A stretch of 64,000 nt of DNA, from sequence record NC_047713.1; one strand, written 5' to 3'. Both the position numbers and the translations under genes were made by a program. Of the stretch, positions 29,601-35,900 are shown one piece after another. Each line of letters opens with the position of its first letter. Position 1 is the first letter of the stretch. The notes under the pieces were generated by a model. That model was not told the DNA's origin. It saw only the letters and a list, made by a program, of their open reading frames with translations, and made no database searches.

Positions 29601-32523
29601 CACATATGTGAATGGTGGAACTGTAAGACCAGGTAACAAGTTTGATGTGGCAACCGCAACCTACAATACTGAAAATGGTATTGTTAGAGTTACTACCACT
29701 GAAGATAACTACTTGGTTCTTGGTAGAGGAGTTAACCTACAGGGTCTAAACTTCTCCTGTACCTCTGGTGGTCCTAACAACAAACCTGGAACACTAACCT
29801 TCCCCGACAAAACACCAACCAATGTAACCGCCGCCACATATGATAGTGTGACTGGTGTATTACGTATCACAACCAACAGACCTCACCAAGCATACAAGGA
29901 CGCGTTTGTATCCCTAAACGGACTAACCTTCACTTGTGATCCAGGTGGTCCTCTAGTATTCCCTAGAAACCCTGATACTAAGTCCTTCAGAGTTACTAAG
30001 AGAGTTGATGACTACACATATGAGTGTCAGTTGGCACCGACCAATAAGGTTCATACTTATCTAAGTGGTGGTACTTCCTCCACAGGAAACGGAAACTTCA
30101 GAGTTTCTCGTCTCATTGATACAAAGACCTTCGAAGTCACAATGGTTCCTCTAGATCTACCACATACCTATGTAAATGGTGGTTCCGCCGCTAGTGTATT
30201 CACTAGACAGATCATTGATGGAATCAACATCAACACTAGGAAGTGTGCTAGAGACGTTAGACGTATCTACCTCGCAGTGGCACACGATATCACTCGTGGT
30301 GGTAACTGGAAGTGTGTTGAAGGAGCGAAACTCTACTACGATAACGTGGGTCAAACCAAGTTTATCTCTGGTGGTGAAGTAAATCAAACCGTTGAGGCAC
30401 TTGACTTCTCCCTAAACATTGTTAGATGTTTAATCAACAACGTAACATGGGGTGGAGTTCCAAGAGGATATCTCACTAAGGGTGAGAGAAGTGAACTAAG
30501 AATTCCATCTTCAGCTAAGACTTCAGTGGTTGGTTTCAGACAACAACTACTTTCCAACCAATACACTACTCAGAAGAAGAGTATTTCTGGTATGGTATAC
30601 GATAACCTTACGGGTATCGCAACCGTCACCACTAAACTCTCACATGAACTCATCAAGTATGATGGTATTCAACTCTCAGATATTGAGATGAGATGTACTG
30701 GTAGTCCAAGGATTACCACCAATGTATTCCCTGATGGAACACAAGGTGAGATCTTTGAGGTTATGGAAACTCTAGATGATAGAGTAGCATACATCGTAAC
30801 TGACGCGTCATACACCAACACCACTGGTAAGTTGGTAGTAACAACAACAGGAAACAATGATATTCCTGTTGGATCAAGAGCAAAACTAGATGGTCTACTC
30901 TGGACTTGTTCATACGATCCCTCAAAACAACTTAAGTTCCCAGAGAACAGGAAGTTCCGTTATGAGGTTATCGCAAAACCAGATGGTACAACACTAGAGT
31001 TCAATGTTGGTATCTCTACGATTCCACACACATTTGTTCCAGCTCCTATAGATGTTGAATACACAGTCAAGGAGGATCCAGTTAAGTTTAAGGTTCATGT
31101 TGGTACAGTTTCCTTCCCACACACCTACTTCGGTGGTGGAACAGTATGGCACAAACTACCATTCACTCCACCTTTCACCCAAACACAGATCAAGGACGTA
31201 TCACAACAGAAAGATCCAGTCCAGTTCTCTAACAATACTCCTAACGGATGTGCTAATGTATTCTCCGCTATCAGTAATTGTATTGGTGTTGTTACTAGTA
31301 TCGTAGCAAATGGATTAGAAGGATCAGGTATCTCCACAACTTATCCAGGTAATGATGGTAAAGGTGTTCCAACTATGGATGAGATGCCTTCACAGGGTGT
31401 TGGTAACATTATCAAAGGTCCATACATCAGAAACTGTACGAACTTCGTTCCCAAGTCTATTGGTATGAGAATGGATGGTTTCGACGCGGAACCTGGTGAT
31501 GAAATCTCCAATGGTGTTCAAGGTTCATCTAACGTTGACTCCTTCACCCAGTTCAACCCTGGTGGTGTTGGTTGTTCCATCTCTAACGGAACCTACCAAC
31601 AGTTGGTTTCTATCTTCACTATCTGTTGTGATGAAGCAATCGTATGTGACTCTGGAGCACAACTCGACCTCACTAACTCCAACTCTTCCTTCGGTAGATT
31701 GGGTCTAGTCGCAAGAGGTATTGGTGATAAACTCTCCAAGTGTATCGACAGATATACTGGTATCGTCGCTAAAGAGGCATCTATTGAAGATGACTTAGTT
31801 GTTGTGAAGGGTATTGGTGATAAGAGACCTTACGATGGTCAGGGTATCTTCTTCGGAGAACTCTTCAGGGATGTGGTTAGTATCGAAGTTCTGGACGGTG
31901 GTTCAGGTTATAACGATGATATTCCACCTAACGCGTTTGTCGCAGAACCTACTGGTCCCGCTGGTATTAAGGCGGAAGTTTCACCAACAGTCAGAGATGG
32001 TGTTGTTGTTTCTATCGAGGTTATCGCAAATGGTAACCAATACAGAGAGAAATTCCCTGAGGTTGTAATATCACCTCCTAAGAGTCCTCTTGGTAGAACC
32101 GCAAAAGCAAGGGCAATTACCGAACCTCTCTACTATAATGTAGAAAGTTCTTCCCCACCTGAAGAGGGTACAACTAGTATCATTTTCAAACAGCGTCTAA
32201 ATAATACCGTATCGGTAGGCACAACTGTATTCTTCTCTAGATTAAGTCTACAGATTGCCTCCTCTCACTCCTTCGAATACATTGGTGCTGGTAACAGCAT
32301 TAACGGAGCAAGACCTTCTGAAGGTGGAGTTCCAATTAAGGAAAATGAGATCGTGAAGGAAGACGGTGGTTCAATTGTCTATACCTCCACTGACCAGGCA
32401 GGTAACTTTAACATTGGTGACGATTTCGTTATCAACCAGTTCACTGGTACTATCACTGGTAGATCGTTCGATCAATCAGTCCTAAATAAAGTTACTCCAC
32501 TCATCATCGCCCTAGACAGTTAA
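20620..32523 (+). CDS. Giant (3967 aa) virion structural/fibre protein with 31 nested beta-domain repeats
   Basis: Fibre-attachment N-terminus IKFKRS..P..L..GELGINYNDGKLFF; beta-helix start FVSTKGNDNNSG..PGQYIE; repeats YD..TG..T....H....GD...L....F.C and GITT..FP..F.V..NVG.S...H.Y..GG. Confidence 0.85.
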   Translation: MISTATKIKFKRSGVAGRRPSLADLQLGELGINYNDGKLFFRQENEVVGSRIIEPGQGDVIGKTIFVSTKGNDNNSGLNERDAKRTVKAAAAVAEPGDSIKLYPGQYIEDNPIVFKDRVSVEGMELRNVLVTPANPSKDLYQVGEAFHATNHSFVSNRDSTDGASIITYRPLEGTASDRYFDAARLIRDNLSFIANETVGFLTSGYSGFAAGQRSQDAARALELNKNFIVEEAFQYINSPDYTGATYFNPDPAQCKRDLGNIIDGWRYDLISDGNTRSTGLGLTYYAPIPFVNSANVADLVYNRNNGDVLIETDVDTQVSVGEKIKLQDIRLECGSYNNDFLITGFKYDNTSGIGTVNLPFIHNVKVGDLVKFDGLEFDCPAYGAIEYGIQDFKYNETTGGSVVTLTEDHDLKIGDTIELRDLQFDCPAYGGDFTNIINLEYNKTSGQGVITYDKPADLKSGDVVILYDLTLTCDAYGNAISVTDFSYDNFTGITEVEVNRPHNLRPGDLIKLENLKFSCDSYLNETYKVSNFVYNESTGDSVLTLTEPHSLVAGKNVRLADLVFSCNSYVPTAKAISDFQYDEVVGISTITLASPHNLSVGEQFRLEDLVFSCNSYSFTDIPIIDAPYDNVTGYVTLSFSGDHGQQVGERVRLRDIEYSCPGGSGITTTLFPDGTFGYEFEILSVPNTKKMILNVGTSTIEHSYVSGGTATVGITTTIFPDGTQGFDFNVSSVNSSTVIEASVGISTIAHNYVSGGSLFVGFTTTVFPDGTQGDTFRVNSIPSSTQISVNVGVSSIAHTFVSGGTATDLDSFIPVSGFTYNEGDGTGLVSLDKAHNLVVGDSFVLEDLKFNCNSYRTGGTSTIDITNFEYDKVTGLSTVTLSSSHNLHVNDTVALYDIKFSCPGGSGITTNIFPDGTRDNFYDVVADLNPNQIIVRVGKSDITHTYASGGSLSVGITTNIFPDGTRPSGDFFQVISVPSTKSVLTQVGLSSIAHSYASGGKFYTGITTNVFPQVFTDPNIKVTNAVYDEVSGVITITTNKAHGLTATAPVLLQDLNFSCLSGGVGNTPGNLVFPRNQEVYDVVSVLSPTQYTINVGPSDFAHTYVDGGTSTTQNITKASYNKGTGDLTVTLDKQHGYSVGDRASVVDLLFSCQSGGPNNQPGTLLFPRPTDEYEVLSASGKTLTVNVGAFPSLVHTYKNGGSLTYSSTVLPVSNAVYDQSTGVLTLTTSVALGAPVGSTIKMQGLNFSCASGGPGNDAGAIVFPRLDTPTFKVKEVKSGVSYVINVGTSTLSHTYTSGGFSSLKKLKNDPNIFKVIDTPSPSKVITNVGVSSIAHDYVSGGNMFVGITTNVFPDGTRPDGSRFEVISALSPNQALINIGVSTITHNYDSGGRMQYGTTNERPVLDFLYDGQTGISTVTIRGTHGLNQGDLVKLRGLEFACTNSPGITTTIFPDGTAAGLNIYKVTEIISNSTFKTNVGRVGFDHTYIQGGSAFVGITTNIFPDGTQGYNYTVAAIPNKNQVTVDVGISSIQHDYIRGGSLFSGKTNERDIADFKYDHISGDAVLTFRKAQNLFTQDLVKLKNLQFDCPNSTGITTTLFPDGTRSNLFLIKERLNPTQFKLNVGTSPFGHDYVRGTGQAFVGITTNIFPDTKTQPSKLFKVVDVPTPTTISAKIGVSTISHSYVKGGKVFVGINTDIFPGDEQVSPLGDTYTVQSITKDGELVINVGLSSISHSYGGGGKVLYGQSSGNNLQHITGPGVLDATIAAVDFEKQVAINALNNRPWGSFVPEETAVVEAFAYDNQTGFGTVTARGINVNTGDTIRMSDIQFVCSEEYAGVTTTFFPDNTRPEGQYFRVERRINIDEFEVNIGVSTIKHVFNYETGGNVYRYRQSILDVNYDRSSGITSIRATKHGYKAKDIVELGDIEFDCPVFKPQYDIENFVYDNTTGLSTVTTTVDNTIKVGDNVKLADIKLECPPYGNQRVIDNFVYDNKSGLSTISLTAAHGLNLRPRPSVSISTALYDNQTGILTVTTNADINFTDRSGQGVQLSGLRFSCDSAGFPGTLTYPEENLVYDILEIQSPSKFKINVGLSTIAHEYVNGGAATKVDRFDVKLQGIKFDCPAYGNTIDVTNFLYDQRSGNSLVTVDKAHKLSVGDNIKLADLKFQCAPYGNDYNVLNADYDNTTGIITVTTNQNINGVGVGDTIRLSRLQFDCVGSGPEYNITNVFFNTGNRSVILTVPERPIGLNPGDDIKLTNMSYLEGGSGNVVAYPDGRDSSLNIFRINDVQPNSILPGYFDVTTAFPNVKDPFAIFNNTGRLTTGITTNIYPENVGAEGGFYEVIRLRQDNQFEIQVGTSTITHNYVRQGQMFTGVTTNFFPGNLQNSPRGNIFEIVEVPTATQVRINVGVSSISHSYDSGGQMFVGITTNIFPDGTRGNLFPVVGVANTLTLRIDAGVSSIPHNYVSGGELFVGITTNIFPGNSQNSPRGSIFKVLSKDNECGSDRFTINVGVSSITHGYVEGGTVTTGVTTNKFPDGTHGFKFPVIDVLDDNYFTVNVGTSTITHTYLSGGFTRRLEVPINSFVYDRVSGLSTVGIQSHRMNIGDLVKLRDVKFNCDPYGGEKTISGVVYDNTSGRMTVNTTGSHSLNINDVVKLSNIQLDCSPYGNERTITAATYNRNNGNLSVQVSEPHNLKISENVKLKGLEFSCSSEHAGVTTTIFPDSTAPSLNIYAIQSITNSTTFMVNVGTSTISHNYVSGGSAFVGITTNIFPGDSQNSPRGSFLSVVDIPASDAFVVNVGVSTISHGYVRGGLVQTGITTDVFPDGTQSDFFKIEDVPSNNTVVINAGISSIIHRYNSGGFAAKYVTYQSNNSQLLDSSVIRVSGDCMAVGERVEELAGIVTSIIKNGPSIAPGGIPVDVVSASYDQSGGALSVTVKDAIDLTPTNIVRIEGLIFECESSGVTNTRVYPDNKVFNYEVLSVQSPTTFTINVGSQADIPHTYVNGGTVRPGNKFDVATATYNTENGIVRVTTTEDNYLVLGRGVNLQGLNFSCTSGGPNNKPGTLTFPDKTPTNVTAATYDSVTGVLRITTNRPHQAYKDAFVSLNGLTFTCDPGGPLVFPRNPDTKSFRVTKRVDDYTYECQLAPTNKVHTYLSGGTSSTGNGNFRVSRLIDTKTFEVTMVPLDLPHTYVNGGSAASVFTRQIIDGININTRKCARDVRRIYLAVAHDITRGGNWKCVEGAKLYYDNVGQTKFISGGEVNQTVEALDFSLNIVRCLINNVTWGGVPRGYLTKGERSELRIPSSAKTSVVGFRQQLLSNQYTTQKKSISGMVYDNLTGIATVTTKLSHELIKYDGIQLSDIEMRCTGSPRITTNVFPDGTQGEIFEVMETLDDRVAYIVTDASYTNTTGKLVVTTTGNNDIPVGSRAKLDGLLWTCSYDPSKQLKFPENRKFRYEVIAKPDGTTLEFNVGISTIPHTFVPAPIDVEYTVKEDPVKFKVHVGTVSFPHTYFGGGTVWHKLPFTPPFTQTQIKDVSQQKDPVQFSNNTPNGCANVFSAISNCIGVVTSIVANGLEGSGISTTYPGNDGKGVPTMDEMPSQGVGNIIKGPYIRNCTNFVPKSIGMRMDGFDAEPGDEISNGVQGSSNVDSFTQFNPGGVGCSISNGTYQQLVSIFTICCDEAIVCDSGAQLDLTNSNSSFGRLGLVARGIGDKLSKCIDRYTGIVAKEASIEDDLVVVKGIGDKRPYDGQGIFFGELFRDVVSIEVLDGGSGYNDDIPPNAFVAEPTGPAGIKAEVSPTVRDGVVVSIEVIANGNQYREKFPEVVISPPKSPLGRTAKARAITEPLYYNVESSSPPEEGTTSIIFKQRLNNTVSVGTTVFFSRLSLQIASSHSFEYIGAGNSINGARPSEGGVPIKENEIVKEDGGSIVYTSTDQAGNFNIGDDFVINQFTGTITGRSFDQSVLNKVTPLIIALDS

Positions 32524-32527
32524 GATC

Positions 32528-32878
32528 ATGGCAGCAGTTGCTTTAAATACGTTCAAAACGGTCAGGCATTTAGTTTCTGATTCCAATGTGGGGATTTATA
32601 CATCCCCCATTGGTGTTGCCTCTATTGTCCTATACGCTCAGGCGACACACGTTGCGAACGATGAAAGTGTATATTTCATTAACTTTTCACATGCTCGTCC
32701 CGACGAGGATCCTGTGCAGTTTGAAATCATTAAGGATGGTCCAGTTATCCCTAATGACGCACTAAACCTATTAACAGGTAGATTAGTTCTCGAAACTGGA
32801 GACGAACTTAGAGTATCAGGAAATACGACCGGAGATGTGAAGGTTGTTGTTTCTATTCTAGAGACTGCAAAGTCTTAA
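32528..32878 (+). CDS. Small virion-associated beta protein
   Basis: 116 aa, ..GRLVLETGDELRVS..VVSILE; co-transcribed with the giant gene. Confidence 0.65.
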   Translation: MAAVALNTFKTVRHLVSDSNVGIYTSPIGVASIVLYAQATHVANDESVYFINFSHARPDEDPVQFEIIKDGPVIPNDALNLLTGRLVLETGDELRVSGNTTGDVKVVVSILETAKS

Positions 32879-32910
32879 TAGCATAACACACACACCCAAA
32901 GCGTAGACCA

Positions 32911-35900
32911 ATGCCTCTAAATTATCTTACCGGAAGAGTAAGTAGATTACAAGTTGGATTTCCAGGGTTTTCAACAGCAAAGGACCTTACAGTTGATGTA
33001 GCAGGTGCCATTGGTATTGATACCCAAAACCCAAGAGCAGCTGCCGACTTCCCAGATGTCAGTATCCGTGGTGATATTGTTGACTCTGTTGGATTTACCG
33101 GTGGTATTGGGTATTTTCTAGCGCAAGATGTTCAGGGTGTTCGGTGGGTAGAGGCTCCACCTATCAACTCTAATGCCATCTTAGTGTTAGACAATGGAGT
33201 TATCGTTGGTGCTGGATCATTCATTGGTCTAAACTTTGACTCTGGTAAGGATGAGGACTTCCTCTCGGTTGTTCCTGACCCACTAAACCCACAGATTGCA
33301 AAGATTGCATATGATGTTCGTTGGGTAAGATATAATTACGGTAATAATAAAGGTATCTCCACAGGTTTTGGAGATAATGGTGACTACTCCTCTATCCCTG
33401 GTTATGGAACCACAGAGGCAGTTGGTGTTACCTCAGTTGGTATTGGTACTAACCAACCACTAGATGACTTCCAAGTTGGTATTGGATCTACTGGTGTTAC
33501 TATCAACGGACCTCTAGGTCTAGTTGATGCAGAAATTATTAAAGCAAAATCAATCTCGGTTGAAGGAAACCTAGAGGTTGAATCACTTATTGTTAGACCT
33601 GGTGTTGCCACTCTAACCACTCTAGATGTATTGAACGAGGCGTTCATACCAGTAGAGTATGTTGGTTTCTCCAGCATTCAAGATGCAAATATTGATGCTC
33701 TCTTTGCTAATCAGTTACTAGCAGGTATTACTACCCTAGGTTTCGGTGGTGAAGATGTATTCATCCTCAACGACTTATATGTTCAGGGTGGTTTAGGTAC
33801 CTTCGATGGCGACGTATTCGTTGGTGGAGACCTAACTGTTAAGGGTGAGACGTTCTTCAACCAGATTAACGCAGTCAACTTATCAGTATCTGGTATTGCC
33901 ACTATCGTCCAAGCGGAGATAGCTGTTGGTTTAGTTACCGATCTAAAAGTATCTGGTTTCTCTACACTATCAGATTTCTCATTCAACATTGGTGTTGGTA
34001 CATACCTAGAACTAGAAGATCTAGATGTATCTGGTGTTGGTAGTTTTGGTGTTGTCAACTCTGGTGATATTAATGTTAGTGGTGGTTTAACCGCTAGTGA
34101 GATTGATGCAGATAAGGGATACATTGGTATTCTCACAGCAGACTCTATTGTATCTGGTGCAGGTACTATTGGTTCTATCGAGTCTGATGGGAACCTAACA
34201 ACACTTAATGATATTATTGTTGGTGGTGCTTCAACCTTCGTTGGTTTGGGTACTTTCCAAGACGATCTCTTTGTTGGTGGTGACCTCTTTGTTAGAGGTG
34301 ATGTTACCTTTAAGAACATTAATGGTGAACAACTACTAATCAGTGGTATTGGTACCATCAAGGAACTAGTCTTTGATAGTGGTATTGGAACCTCACTAGA
34401 AGTGAGAGATCAGATTACGACTGGTATATCTACGATCAATGAAGCAGATATTCAAGATGCCGCTGTTGAGAGACTTACTGTTGGTGATGCAGAGATCATC
34501 GGTATCGCAACTATTACCGAGATTGATGTAGATAGAGGTAGAGTTGGTATCCTAACTGGTACAGACCTCTCCTATGCTGGTATCGGTACTATCACGGAGA
34601 TTGATGTTGACCAGGGTAGAGTTGGTCTAGTCACTGGTGACACACTACTATACTACGAACAGTCTAGGATCAATAGAGTTACCTTCTTTGATAACTACCT
34701 ATCAGTTAATCAGAGTCTAAGAGTTTCTGGTCTCTCCACCTTTGTTGGAACAGGTACATTCTTCAATGACTTGTATGTTGGTGGTGACCTATATGTTGCT
34801 GGTGAACTAAACTTCAAACAACTCAATGGTGAGAACCTATACCTAACTGGTGTTGGTACCATCTATGATTTACGTAACACTGTTGGTTTCATTACTAACC
34901 TCTACGTAGAAGAGTCTGTAACTGGTTTAGCAACCATCAGTAGTCTAGTTGGTTCTTCCGCCACTATCACAGACTTCACTGGTGAGTCACTACTCATCCA
35001 GAATCCATTCAACCCAATGCCTTTGGATCCAACTGGGATCCCAGGACAGGGTGTTATTGATAGTCTCCTAGTTAGAAACCTAACTTCTTCTAACAACATT
35101 CTAGCCAATGACATTGATGCCAACTTCGTTGACACCGATGATCTAAAGGCTGGTGTTGGTACTATCACTGACCTAGAGTGGACTACCGCTGTTGGTGATG
35201 ACACTACTACCAATACTCTACAGGTTACTGATACAGCAACCATTAACATCATCGATGCCAATCAGATCGATGCCGAAGATGCCAACATTGGAGTTGCCAC
35301 CCTCTCTAGTCTCCTAGTAACTGGTGTCACTACCTTTAAGGGTCAGGTTGATATTGAGGATATTGAGTTCGTTGACCAGAGTGTCACCGGTATTTCCTCC
35401 ATCAACATCCTCAAGTTCAATGTTGGTTATGGAACCTACCTAGAGGTTACTGACTCAGTAACTGGTGTTGGAACTATTGGTCTTGCCAGTATCACAACCG
35501 CTCAGGTATCCTTCCTAGATGTAAGAGATGAGGTAGTTGGAGCATCCACTATTGGTGTTCTAACAGTAACTGAAGGATTTGCAGTAACTGGTTTCTCCAC
35601 CTTCGTTGGTTTCACTACCTATAAAGGAGATGTATTTGTTGATGGTAACTTAACTGTTACTGGTTTCGTTAGTTTCACACAACTAAACGCTGATCAATCA
35701 CAGATTGGTATCCTAACTGTATTCGATGCGTTAGACGCTAGAACGGGTGTTGGTACATTCAAACACCTAGAGACAGTAGATAGTGCAGTTCTATCAGGTG
35801 TATCTACCATTGGACTCACAACCTTCAAGAATGGTGATGTTAATATCAACCGCAACTTAACAGTTGGTGGTATCACTACCTTCATTGGTAATGTTTTCAT

